Positions 8,930 through 18,907 of a stretch of DNA of 64,000 nucleotides are shown piece after piece. The first letter of the stretch is position 1; every line of letters starts with the position of its first letter. A model generated the notes under the pieces. That model did no database searches. It was not told the DNA's origin and saw nothing but the letters and a program-made list of their open reading frames with translations. The translations under genes and the position numbers were made by a program. The DNA is from an uncultured Acidimicrobiia bacterium (lineage in GTDB: Bacteria; Acidobacteriota; Terriglobia; Versatilivoradales; Versatilivoraceae), in the NCBI GenBank assembly GCA_963786955.1, contig CAWBAT010000008.1, positions 128,001 through 192,000 of the forward strand, given 5' to 3'.

Positions 8930-10487
8930 GGTTGAGCTCCTTAATGACGATTTCCACTGAATACGTTCGCTTCGGCTCAGGGGTTAACGCGAGCCGATAA
9001 TAGCCATCCCGGCTCAGGGCAAGGGTCTTGCCATTCAAGCGCGCGCGCGGATTCCCTATTTTCCAAAGAACCTCGAAATCAGCGCCGCGATAATGAATAC
9101 GAGCTCTGGCGGGGGTGATTCGTTCGGGAATGGCCGCTCGAAACCGAAGTTCATCGCCCTCGACTTCGATTCCCAAGACAGCTTCAAAAAATCCCCAGAT
9201 GAAACCTCCGTTGTTCATCAGGAGGCCGCGGCAATTATTGGGCTCGCCTGTTTTTCCGTCATAAGCCTCAAAAAATCCTACATCGGTTACCTTGGGGCGG
9301 GTCGCCAAAAGATCGGCCACACGCAGGGCGCCTGAGACGTCTTTCAGAAGGGCTCGAGCCCGCATATCCGGCGCAGCGACCAGCGTCCAGATTCCACCAT
9401 TCCAATAATATTCCGCCCGGTTGCTGCACAACCCTTCTTTAAATAGACCAATCCGGACGCGGCAGGGGACAATTTCCTCGATTTCCGCTCGATGCACCTC
9501 GAGCTTTTTGAGAATTCGCACGCTTTGTTCGGGGTCGGCCAATCCGCAGGCAACGGCGTGCAGGTTATTTCCGGTGATCCAGTCGTCATGGGGGGTGCCG
9601 TTCCTTTCCACCCAGGCCAGAAACCCATCCGTTTTGGGGTTCCACAAAATTTTTTGGATGGCCTGGCGCACACGCCTGGCTTTTTCCAGGCGCCGTGTCG
9701 CCTCGGGATTCTTTCCCAGAATATTTTCAAGCAACCCGAGCCGTCGAAGTGCTTCGTAGTAAAACAGGGCGGCACCAAAATCTTTCCAAGCGTTGGCGGA
9801 CGTGTCTCCAATATAAGTCACGCTGGAACATGCGCAACCACCTGGGCCGATCGGCCCGGGAAATTCTTGCGTCCGTCCCTCCGGGAGAAGATCCCCATCC
9901 AAATCCCGCGCCGAAAGATAATCGACTACTTCCAAGCACTTCGGGTAGAGATCCGAGGCGAACTGCCGGTCTCCCGTGATTTCATAAGTCCTGACAACTT
10001 CCAGGATGAACTCTGCCGAGCGGTCCAAGTCGTAGCCGGGATCCGGATTAAACTTTGGAGTGCGGCCGTCGGCCGAAACCGCCCAGGGAACCGGAGGATG
10101 TCCCGGATCAGCCTTAACGTGTTGGGCAATTTTTTTCAACTCCCTGCGGAATATTTGGTGTTGATCCTCGCCACCGATGAAGAGCCCACCGTATAACCCA
10201 AAGTACAAATCATTCAAGACCGTGTCGGTTCCCCAACTTCGTCCCGCATCGGCGCAGTGGGTTTGATTATTGACCGTACAGTTCAGGATTCCTGCGCGAG
10301 ACTTGGCGAGTGCAGCTAAAAATTTCGAATCGACACATTCCAACAAACCATATTCTCTGGCGGCCGCCGGTTTTGGTTGCAGGTTGTCATTGCCCATTGA
10401 CACGAGAAAGGACTCGTATGGTGGGAAAGCCGCTCCGGCAGCAATTCCTGCTACTTTCAGGAAATCTCGTCGCCGCAATTCCTTCAT
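8919..10487 (-). CDS. Tat-exported (alpha/alpha)6-barrel glycoside hydrolase (GDE/amylo-alpha-1,6-glucosidase-like, family unassigned)
   Basis: RRRDFLK Tat motif after a GGAGG RBS; FILEVVRTYEITGDR..LYP, DLDGDLLPE, YWNGGIW and GFFEAYD segments typical of six-hairpin glycosidases. Confidence 0.65.
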   Translation of the reverse strand: MKELRRRDFLKVAGIAAGAAFPPYESFLVSMGNDNLQPKPAAAREYGLLECVDSKFLAALAKSRAGILNCTVNNQTHCADAGRSWGTDTVLNDLYFGLYGGLFIGGEDQHQIFRRELKKIAQHVKADPGHPPVPWAVSADGRTPKFNPDPGYDLDRSAEFILEVVRTYEITGDRQFASDLYPKCLEVVDYLSARDLDGDLLPEGRTQEFPGPIGPGGCACSSVTYIGDTSANAWKDFGAALFYYEALRRLGLLENILGKNPEATRRLEKARRVRQAIQKILWNPKTDGFLAWVERNGTPHDDWITGNNLHAVACGLADPEQSVRILKKLEVHRAEIEEIVPCRVRIGLFKEGLCSNRAEYYWNGGIWTLVAAPDMRARALLKDVSGALRVADLLATRPKVTDVGFFEAYDGKTGEPNNCRGLLMNNGGFIWGFFEAVLGIEVEGDELRFRAAIPERITPARARIHYRGADFEVLWKIGNPRARLNGKTLALSRDGYYRLALTPEPKRTYSVEIVIKELNRGK

Positions 10488-10737
10488 CGGTGCCTCCAAA
10501 CGATCTACACGGCTTGATGCTTTTGTCTTCAAGCCACAGATGAATGATCGGCTCCCCTCCCCCTATCGCGGGAGAGATGCCGGGGGTGAAGGGGACCGAA
10601 CTCAGCCCCTTCGGAATACCGAAGCAAAGTGAATGCAAATTGGTAGGATCCGCTGTCTGCAAATCGTAGCAATGCATATCTACTTTATTCTGCCAATCAC
10701 CTGATTAGTCGGTCCCTTTACCTCTCTCGAAATAATC

Positions 10738-12807
10738 TTATTTGAGTGTCAATTCTAATGTTGTCGCAGAATGGGCAGGTAATTGTTGAGTGAATCTATC
10801 GCTCAAACCAGTAAGCCGTTGGTGCTGAACTTTAACTGGAGCGACCCCGAAATTGTTCAAAGACAAAAAGCTTTCCGAGGCGATTTGCCACAGATCACCA
10901 CTGGGCTCTACGGAACGGCCAAGGAGGCGGATTTGAACGCTCAAGGGCTCGGCTTCTTTCAGGTTCAGAAGATGCAAGAAAAGTTTACGTCCATCCTCCG
11001 AAAGAGTTGCGGTAGCGTCAAGGTATGGAATATTTTTCCAGCCGGCCTCTGGAACATCGTACATGGGAGATTGCTGCTCCACCTTGAGAAGCTTGGAGCC
11101 TGAGTGCGGCCCATAGATCTGCAGGGCTGTTCCCGAAGCCGTAATATAGGCTTCCGTACTGCTGGTACGAATGGTGCCCGTACTGTTGACCAGGTGAGTC
11201 CTACAGGCCAGGGGCAGTCGATCTCCGAGGCGCATGAAAACATGAAACATTCGGGCTGCAAATAAAGCCTGTTCCTGAGGCTGGTTAAAATCCCCACCGT
11301 ATTTGATGATCATATCCACGAGTCGAGCAAAGGAGGAATCCTTAGGCAGGCCCGGCGGCTCAGGACCGAAATCCGCCTCATTCCATTCGTCCAAAGCAAT
11401 CTGAATTTTCTTGGATCCCGTATTCGCCGCGTCAATCTTCGCGATTCTCTCGCGCAGAGTTTGCTCGACAAAAATGGGAGCCGCCACCACCGACCGGTAG
11501 AATTCCACAGGATGATTGAGATAAAACGGCGACTGGAAACCGAGCGCATAATAATAATGGATGGAGAGTAGATCGGCATGCTGTCCGCTGATCCGGGCGA
11601 CCGTCTCATTCCAATTACTCGTGGAGTCCAGGGTGTCGCCGACGGCAACAATTTGTAGTCCGGAATCGGCTTTGCGCATCGCATCTGCAAACTGGTTGAA
11701 ATACATGGCGTAACCTTCCGGAGTGGAGTGTCCTGGCTGGATGCTCAACCAGCTTTCATTGCCGACCCCCCAACTCTTTACGTGATAGGGCTCCGGGTGG
11801 CCGTTAGAAGCGCGGCGTGCCCCCCATTCTGAATTTCCGGGTCCATTGCAATATTCCACCCACTGGCGAGCCAGTTCCGGGCTGCCCGAGCCGAAATTCA
11901 CCGTGATGTAGGGCTGGGCCCCGACTAATCTGCAAAAGTGAATGAACTCGTCGGTCCCAAAATCGCTGGGATCGACCCGGGAGTCATAGCTATCCTGATT
12001 GGCATAGACCCCGACGGTGTGGGGTGCTCGTCGGTCTCGTGGGCCGATCGCTACTCGCCAATCATAAGTATCCGCAAAACCGCCCCCCGGCCAACGCAGG
12101 AGCGGGGGAGACATGGTCTTGGCCAACTCCACAACTTCTCTCCTGAATCCATCGACATGATCGCCGGGCATCAAGGAAGCGCCGCCGATCCAGACGATTC
12201 CGGGATGATTGAAGCGTATGCTGAAAACTGCGGGGTGAAGCCCATTGACCGGTTCTAATTTGAAATCGTAGCGATGCCAATCGCCTTGCTGTAAGGAGGT
12301 TTCAGAGCGGGCCAGGATTGTTCCATCCCGCTTCTCCAGTACGAAAGAAACCGTCTGAACGGCCGGTTCAGCTTTAATCCAAGCGTACCCTACGTATTCC
12401 TTTCCTCCAATCACTTCAAACCCGCTTTGCCATACTCCTCGCCATTCATTGGATAAGCCGGACAGGACGATTCGCTGTGAGGAGACTCCATCGATCGAGA
12501 GGTTACGATCAATCGCATAGCTGACATTCCTCTCCTCCGGATCTCCTGCCCAAGGGGCAGCGATGTTCATCTGTCCGACAGCGTCGAAGGGGTAGAATTT
12601 TCTATTCTGCAGCAGTTCAGCCCAGATGCCATGCTCGACCACACGGCCGTAGTGCTCAATAAACTGCCCGTATATTCCCGGGTTGATGGTATGCAATGGA
12701 GCGTTTATGTTGACTTCAAGTTCGGCCTGAACTTGGGCCATTCCTTGGATCGGAAAGGTCACCAGGATCATTCCTAAGAAGAGCTTCGTTATATTGGGCC
12801 CGCGCAT
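10738..12807 (-). CDS. GH51 alpha-L-arabinofuranosidase-like protein with CBM4/9-like insert
   Basis: Signal peptide; IYGQFIEH, LRWPGGGFAD.YDW, FGTDEF, WVEYCN, GNE (acid/base) and DEWN (nucleophile). Confidence 0.88.
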   Translation of the reverse strand: MRGPNITKLFLGMILVTFPIQGMAQVQAELEVNINAPLHTINPGIYGQFIEHYGRVVEHGIWAELLQNRKFYPFDAVGQMNIAAPWAGDPEERNVSYAIDRNLSIDGVSSQRIVLSGLSNEWRGVWQSGFEVIGGKEYVGYAWIKAEPAVQTVSFVLEKRDGTILARSETSLQQGDWHRYDFKLEPVNGLHPAVFSIRFNHPGIVWIGGASLMPGDHVDGFRREVVELAKTMSPPLLRWPGGGFADTYDWRVAIGPRDRRAPHTVGVYANQDSYDSRVDPSDFGTDEFIHFCRLVGAQPYITVNFGSGSPELARQWVEYCNGPGNSEWGARRASNGHPEPYHVKSWGVGNESWLSIQPGHSTPEGYAMYFNQFADAMRKADSGLQIVAVGDTLDSTSNWNETVARISGQHADLLSIHYYYALGFQSPFYLNHPVEFYRSVVAAPIFVEQTLRERIAKIDAANTGSKKIQIALDEWNEADFGPEPPGLPKDSSFARLVDMIIKYGGDFNQPQEQALFAARMFHVFMRLGDRLPLACRTHLVNSTGTIRTSSTEAYITASGTALQIYGPHSGSKLLKVEQQSPMYDVPEAGWKNIPYLDATATLSEDGRKLFLHLLNLKEAEPLSVQIRLLGRSVEPSGDLWQIASESFLSLNNFGVAPVKVQHQRLTGLSDRFTQQLPAHSATTLELTLK

Positions 12808-13156
12808 TTTCAGCCTTCCTTTCCCTTATGATAGAAAAATAGATGAGTAGATGATTTTTCACAGATTCTGCCAATCCCTGTTCCCTTGTAGTAAACTCAT
12901 CTCGAATTGTAGGAGGGTTGCTGCCCCCAAGCAAGCTGTGCCTGAACGGGAGGCAAGGTACGGTGAAGACGGAGAAGTTTGTTGCTTTTGACGATACCTC
13001 TGCGCAGGTTTTCGCCCCCCCCTCACCCCCAACCCCTCTCCCGCGTTGGGGCGAGGGGAGCCGAAAATCTTCAGCGTTCTCGATACCTTGCTCACGCTTG
13101 GAGGAGAGGGCAACCGAAGATCTCTTGATTTGAATTCGAGAGGGAGGAAAACAATC

Positions 13157-15169
13157 ATGGATAGGCGAAAGTTCCTCAAAAACTCTCTGTTCGCATTGGG
13201 CGGCTCCGCTTTGACAGCAGGTTTGGAGTCCTGCAAACCCTCCAGTGTGGCAAAGTTGAACAAGAACACGAAACTCGTGATTGATTACCCACAAAAGAAC
13301 ATCCCGGTACTCGAACTCCCGCCTTGCCGCGGTGAGTGGTATGAAGACATCATCCCCGACACGCTCGACATTGCGAGCCGCTCCGAGTTGGCGATCAACG
13401 CACTAACCGGGATTACCGATCCCGATGCAGACTACGAGGTCTATTGGCAGGCCGAGCTTTTCCGTAATCCTCCGATCATGATGCATGACCATAATGACTG
13501 GGTGGCCAGCGTTGAGGGATTCATGGAAGCACTGCCGCTACTGCGGGCGGCCACGGGAAGCGATCTGAACACGCAGGTGGATTTGGCTTGGATGCAAGTG
13601 AACCTAAAGACCGTTGGGTCGGACGGCCTGGTCTACGAAATACTCAGCGGAACTCCGTGGAGCCGGCTCAATCCCTGGAGCTTCGCAACGGTTTGGAAAG
13701 CTGATGGAAGGAGCACCAGCGCCGCAGATGAGTCGGTGAAACTGGCCACCACTCCGGCGAAATGTGGGCGAGTCATCGGGGCCATGACGGTTTATTACCT
13801 TCGCGATAGAAACCCCGTCTGGATGCAAACGAGTGAGCGGATGATTCAGCGTTTGCTGGAATTGACGGTTGACCGGGGTGACTTTGCGTATGTTCCTTGG
13901 GGCGCCTACGAGCCTCACGCAAAATACGGTCCCCAAGCCAAGATGCCAACTGGGTTTGACTCCGTCGACTACGGAAACATCCGAATGATTCAGGGCCTGG
14001 CGCAATACTACCGGGTAACCGGGTACGAGCCTGCTCGTCAATTAGCCGCGAAACTAGTGGCCTACGGGATGGGGCCTGCGGAGTACTATGACGAACAAGG
14101 GCGCTTCCTTTTTTCACCACTGGAACGAGAAGCGCTGATGACCTCAACGCGGATGAAGAGGAATTACCCGGAGGCAAAGGATGCCAAGTTGGGCGGGCAT
14201 TTCCACGCCCATACCATCGGAATGATCAGCATCCTGGAGTATGCCGCGGCGGTGAAGGATCAAAAGGCGCTGCACTATATCAACTCGGGATTCCAGTGGG
14301 CCATGACCCAGGGCTCAACGCTCGTGGGATTCTTTCCCGAACTGGCCATCAATAATCGCTACCTTACCTGCGAGAGTTGCGAGGTGGCGGATATGATCGG
14401 GATGGGTGTGAAACTGTCCGACGCGGGTGTGGGAGATTATTGGGACGACATCGACCGCTGGGTGCGGAACCAATTCACGGAACAGCAGCTTACCGATGCG
14501 AAATGGTTTTACGAGCTGGCCCAGACTCAGCCTGTGAAGCCGGTGGCATTCAACGAAACAGCCGAGCGGTTGGCGGAGCGGAATATCGGCGCTTTTGCCG
14601 GCTGGGCGAGCGCCAATGAGTGGGCGACGTTGATCGGCATTCAACAATGCTGCCTGGGAAATTCCGCACGGGCACTCTATTATGTGATGGAAAGCATCGT
14701 GCAGACGCAAGGGAAGCAGTTGCGCGTGAATCTGCTGCTCAACCGGGCGACCCGGTGGGTTGACGTGTACAGCTACATCCCATACGAGGGCCGAGTGGAA
14801 CTGAAATTCAAGAAACCCTCTGAGAAAGTGTTGGTCCGTGCTCCTGAGTGGATCAAGAGCGGCAGCCATGAGATTGTGTGTCAAGTAAACGGCGCAAGGC
14901 GAAACTGTCATTGGCAAGGCCGCTATCTGGATGGGGGCCACGCCGTACCGGGCGATAAATTCGTCGTCACATTCCCGATCGCAGAACGGACGGTAAAGGA
15001 GACGATTGGAGATGTCCCCTATACGTTGACTATCAAGGGCAGTACCGTTACTTCGATCGATCCACCCGGTACCATCGGTCCACTTTACAATCGCGCTTAC
15101 TACCGCCAGGAGGAAGCACCCCTTCGGAAAGTAAAACGCTTCCTGCCTGAACAGACCATTGTTTGGTAA
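13157..15169 (+). CDS. Tat-exported (lipo)protein, GH127/GH146-like cysteine glycosidase (beta-L-arabinofuranosidase-like)
   Basis: RBS GGGAGG; DRRKFLK with an LESC lipobox; Zn/Cys motifs CESC and QQCCLGN; C-terminal beta-sandwich (PYEGRV, VRAPEW). Confidence 0.65.
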   Translation: MDRRKFLKNSLFALGGSALTAGLESCKPSSVAKLNKNTKLVIDYPQKNIPVLELPPCRGEWYEDIIPDTLDIASRSELAINALTGITDPDADYEVYWQAELFRNPPIMMHDHNDWVASVEGFMEALPLLRAATGSDLNTQVDLAWMQVNLKTVGSDGLVYEILSGTPWSRLNPWSFATVWKADGRSTSAADESVKLATTPAKCGRVIGAMTVYYLRDRNPVWMQTSERMIQRLLELTVDRGDFAYVPWGAYEPHAKYGPQAKMPTGFDSVDYGNIRMIQGLAQYYRVTGYEPARQLAAKLVAYGMGPAEYYDEQGRFLFSPLEREALMTSTRMKRNYPEAKDAKLGGHFHAHTIGMISILEYAAAVKDQKALHYINSGFQWAMTQGSTLVGFFPELAINNRYLTCESCEVADMIGMGVKLSDAGVGDYWDDIDRWVRNQFTEQQLTDAKWFYELAQTQPVKPVAFNETAERLAERNIGAFAGWASANEWATLIGIQQCCLGNSARALYYVMESIVQTQGKQLRVNLLLNRATRWVDVYSYIPYEGRVELKFKKPSEKVLVRAPEWIKSGSHEIVCQVNGARRNCHWQGRYLDGGHAVPGDKFVVTFPIAERTVKETIGDVPYTLTIKGSTVTSIDPPGTIGPLYNRAYYRQEEAPLRKVKRFLPEQTIVW

Positions 15170-15243
15170 TTTGTCTGTCAAGTGTTGGTCTTCTGGGGAG
15201 GGGAACAACCTTATCGAAGTAAACATTCATCATCGGAGGCTTA

Positions 15244-17349
15244 ATGAAAGTGTACAAAAACCGTTTTCAGATTCTTAGGCGTCATACAGGTTATCTTTTG
15301 CTTACAGCCTGCTTTTGTCTGGGGGCATCCGAGTCCGGATGGGCGCAAATTCGCGCAGAGTTGCGAGTCACTCCGAGTATTCCACTTCACAAAGTTGATC
15401 CTCACATTTACGGACAGTTCCTCGAACATTTCGGTCGGGTCATTAACGGTGGGTTGTGGGCCGAGTTATTACGCAATCGAAAGTTTTATCCGGTTGATCC
15501 CGACCGCATTCATGTCGCGGATCCCTGGAAACCCGAATCAGACCTCAGCGCCGTCAGCTACGTCATTGATCGGTCGATTACGCTGGATGGAATCTCTTCC
15601 CAGCGGATCTCCACTTTCGGAAAAGAGTCCAGCTGGAGGGGAATCCGCCAAACTGGATTCGATCTGCTGGGTGGGAAAGAATATGTGGCCTATGCCTGGA
15701 TCCGGACCGGATCGGGGAAGGGAAATGTTTCCTTCCGTTTGGAATCGGCTGAAGGTGTCGCCGCCGCCCATGCTGAGGTGCGGTTGGAACCGGGCGACTG
15801 GAAGAAATACGAAGTGCGCCTGACGCCAGATCGCGATTTGCGACCAGCCGTTTTCCGTCTGGCCTTCGATGCTACGGGTCAGAACTGGGTGGGTGAGGCC
15901 TCGCTCATGCCGGCCGACAACATCGGTGGCATGAGGCGTGACGTCATTGAGCTCACAAAGAATCTGGGACCAACCATTATGCGCTGGCCGGGGGGCGGCT
16001 ACAGTGATTCCTACGATTGGCGCAAGGCGATCGGCCCACGCGAACGGCGTCCGCCTCAAGACATCCTGCCTTACGGGCAGCCTTACGGTTATGACAACGG
16101 CATCGACTCCGATGATTTTGGGACCGACGAATACATGAACTTCTGTCGGTTAGTCGGCGCAGATCCTTACATCAGTGCGAATTTTGGTTCGGGAACTCCG
16201 GAAATGGCAGCCCAATGGGTGGAGTACTGTAACGGATCGGTTCAAACGACTATGGGTGCTCGCCGGGCGGCCAATGGTCATCCTGAACCCTACGGAATCA
16301 AATACTGGACGATCGGGAATGAGATTTGGGGATCGTTCGAACTCGGTTGGATGAATGCAGAAGGATACTCGACTTACTATGCCCCGTTTGCCAAAGCCAT
16401 GCGGGCTGTGGACCCGACGATCCAGATCGTTGCCGTGGGCATGTTCCACGACCCGAACGTCCGGACGTGGAATGAGACCGTCCTCCAGCAGGAGTGGCCG
16501 CAGATTGATTTACTTTCTCTCCATCATTATTTTACAGGGCTTTTTGCACTGCCGGAATGGCGGAATAATCCTCTCCAGGCTTACAACGCGATCGTCGCCG
16601 AGCCAACCATTGCGGAACAGCGTGCCCGTGAAATGATCTCTCTGATGGATCAGATCACGGCAGGCCGGAAGAAGATTCTCATTGCTTTCGACGAGTGGAA
16701 TCAATTGACCTTGGATTTCCCTCCGCCCGTCAACACTCCGGAGCGCTCTGAACAGAACCAATTCATTGACCTGTTGAACAAGACGGGTCTGGACATCAAC
16801 TTGACCCATCGGGACGGGATCTTTGGCGCTCGTATGTTGCAGCTCTTCATGCGGCTGGGTGACCGCATCCCGATCGCCATCCGGACTCACCTGATCAACA
16901 GCCTCGGCTCAATCCGCAGTGATAGCACGCGTTCGTACATCACCGCTTCGGGCAAGGTCATGCAGCTCTACCGCTGGCACTCTGGCAGTGAACTCGTCAA
17001 GGTTGAACAGCAGTCTCCCGAGTTTGATGTCCCCGAGCAAGGATGGAAGGGCATCTCTTACCTCGATGCGGCCGCTACACGCTCAGCGGATGGGGCGAAG
17101 CTCTATCTGCATTTGATCAATCTTCACCCGAGTGAATCGATGGGGCTAAAGGTGGCCATCGCCCAAAGCGAGGTGGACCCCAAGGGAGACCTCTGGCAGA
17201 TTGCGCCGCAGGACTTTATCACCAGAAACGACTTCGGTGTGACAAACGTAGAAATCACCCATGAACAAAAGACAGGGTTACGCCCGGAGTTTACTTTACT
17301 CCTCCCACCTCATTCAATTTCAGTACTTGAGCTTCAGCTTCGAAGATAG
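15244..17349 (+). CDS. GH51 alpha-L-arabinofuranosidase-like protein (paralog of 10738-12807)
   Basis: Signal peptide; IYGQFLEH, MRWPGGGYSD.YDW, FGTDEY, GNE and DEWN; colinear with the other GH51 over its whole length. Confidence 0.88.
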   Translation: MKVYKNRFQILRRHTGYLLLTACFCLGASESGWAQIRAELRVTPSIPLHKVDPHIYGQFLEHFGRVINGGLWAELLRNRKFYPVDPDRIHVADPWKPESDLSAVSYVIDRSITLDGISSQRISTFGKESSWRGIRQTGFDLLGGKEYVAYAWIRTGSGKGNVSFRLESAEGVAAAHAEVRLEPGDWKKYEVRLTPDRDLRPAVFRLAFDATGQNWVGEASLMPADNIGGMRRDVIELTKNLGPTIMRWPGGGYSDSYDWRKAIGPRERRPPQDILPYGQPYGYDNGIDSDDFGTDEYMNFCRLVGADPYISANFGSGTPEMAAQWVEYCNGSVQTTMGARRAANGHPEPYGIKYWTIGNEIWGSFELGWMNAEGYSTYYAPFAKAMRAVDPTIQIVAVGMFHDPNVRTWNETVLQQEWPQIDLLSLHHYFTGLFALPEWRNNPLQAYNAIVAEPTIAEQRAREMISLMDQITAGRKKILIAFDEWNQLTLDFPPPVNTPERSEQNQFIDLLNKTGLDINLTHRDGIFGARMLQLFMRLGDRIPIAIRTHLINSLGSIRSDSTRSYITASGKVMQLYRWHSGSELVKVEQQSPEFDVPEQGWKGISYLDAAATRSADGAKLYLHLINLHPSESMGLKVAIAQSEVDPKGDLWQIAPQDFITRNDFGVTNVEITHEQKTGLRPEFTLLLPPHSISVLELQLRR

Positions 17350-17432
17350 AGAAAGTCCGCATTGGGAGGGGAAAGAAGCCGCAGACCGCAGGAAATTCCC
17401 CCAACGTGGGAGAGGGTGTCCGCTAGGTTTTT

Positions 17433-17474
17433 CAACTCCCCTCCTTGTTTAAGGAGGGGATAAAGGGGTGGTGG
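17433..17474. repeat. REP-like palindrome family 2 (CCCCTCCTT-N3-5-AAGGAGGGG, often followed by AGGGGTGGT)
   Basis: caactcccctccttgtttaaggaggggataaaggggtggtgg. Related copies near 33831-33903, 41289-41311, 45204-45227, 47613-47646, 49587-49706, 50892-50973, 54356-54454 and 56687-56711. Confidence 0.75.
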
Positions 17475-17528
17475 TTTTCACCCTACTGCTCATCCTAAGA
17501 AGTCATCGAAATTTTTTTTGTTTCATCA

Positions 17529-18728
17529 CTACTCATACTTCGCTCGGCCAAACAGGGTGAGGCCTACGACGTAAATCATACACAAAGCCGGAACCAGCAT
17601 TGCGACGCGCATCCCGATGTGGTCTCCAATCCAACCTTGTAAGGGCGGGACGACCGCAGCGGCGATGTAGGCTGTGCATAAGAGCCCCGAAATAGTGCCG
17701 TGATAGCCTTCGAAGCTGTTGATCGTGCCACTGAAGAGGAGAGGATAGAGGACTGAGGTGAAAAGCCCACAGCCTGCAAAGCCGATGGCTGTGACCAGCG
17801 TTGATCCGAACATAGCCACGAACACACTGACCAGCGCCATCACCGAGCAGAAGCGCATGACTTGGACAGTTCCAAACCGTTTCATGACGGCGCCGCCGAG
17901 GAGGCGTCCCATGCCCTGCATCCCCAAAAACAGCGCGAAGACGAACGCCGGCAGGCTGGGAAACACTTTCCCCAGAAATGTGGCGGCATTTGGGTTTGAA
18001 ACAGCTGCGGGCACGCCGTGAACATCTTCGAAGAATTTCGGAATCCAGAAATACATTCCTATTTCCGCCGCAGTATAAAGATACACCCCCAGACCGTAGG
18101 TCAGCAGAATCGGGTTGCGCAGCAATTTCCCTATCGCATGGAGATGGATTCCTTCGGTGTCCTTGGCACGGGGTGGGAAAGTGGAAAAGGCCAGAAAGGC
18201 CAGCAACACCAGGCAGACGATGGCGAATAAAAGGTAGTAGGCCTGCCAAGGCCTGCCGGTTCCACGAATGTATGCCAGGAGAAAGATGGCGAGGAACCCT
18301 CCAAACGTGGCACACGCGATCGTGAACGTCAAGTTGCGATGATAGTTCTGCGGCGTATCGAGTTGCTGGATCATGGGGCTGCCACTGGTTTGGAGCATTG
18401 TGATCCCAACACCGATCGCAAAGATCAAGGAAAGCAGCAACAAGTAGCTGTGCGACTGGGAGATCCAATAGCAGCCCAATGCCATCAGCGATACGCCTGC
18501 CAGGATCACTCGTCGCGCGCCGAGGCGATCTGCCAGCAAGCCACTGGGTATCGCGAACAATGACATGGCCACGGAAGCTGCTGACGCCAGCAGGCCTGCT
18601 GCAAAACGACTGAGTTGAAAATCCCGGATGATGTCCGGAGTGAGAGCGCCTAAAACACCCATTAATCCAAAAGTGAAATAGGCAAAAAGCATGACCCAAA
18701 GTAGGGAGGCAGGACGTTGCTGAGGCAC
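17529..18728 (-). CDS. MFS sugar transporter, FucP/GluP-like
   Basis: About 12 hydrophobic helices; motif A GLLADRLGARR; GITMLQTSGSP, YLYTAAEIG, TSVLYPLLFS and PPLQGWIGD resemble the fucose permease family. Co-oriented downstream of the activase. Confidence 0.8.
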   Translation of the reverse strand: MPQQRPASLLWVMLFAYFTFGLMGVLGALTPDIIRDFQLSRFAAGLLASAASVAMSLFAIPSGLLADRLGARRVILAGVSLMALGCYWISQSHSYLLLLSLIFAIGVGITMLQTSGSPMIQQLDTPQNYHRNLTFTIACATFGGFLAIFLLAYIRGTGRPWQAYYLLFAIVCLVLLAFLAFSTFPPRAKDTEGIHLHAIGKLLRNPILLTYGLGVYLYTAAEIGMYFWIPKFFEDVHGVPAAVSNPNAATFLGKVFPSLPAFVFALFLGMQGMGRLLGGAVMKRFGTVQVMRFCSVMALVSVFVAMFGSTLVTAIGFAGCGLFTSVLYPLLFSGTINSFEGYHGTISGLLCTAYIAAAVVPPLQGWIGDHIGMRVAMLVPALCMIYVVGLTLFGRAKYE

Positions 18729-18907
18729 GAAAACCTTTCCTTGGTTGAGAGGTGTTTGGAATCTTTGAGGATTGAGGATTAGATCTTATCGACCCTTGAA
18801 ATCCTTGATACTTCTCACTTCAAATTGAATGTGCCTCCTGGAGGGTTGGACTCCACGAAACCGTCTTTTGGACGGGCGCCTGTCAAGCCAACAGCATAAG
18901 AATACGA

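Noticed and set aside
17533-18699. 388-aa same-strand alternative-frame ORF over the MFS gene
   Set aside because: Arg/His/Pro-rich with no motifs; a shadow frame of a GC-rich membrane-protein gene.
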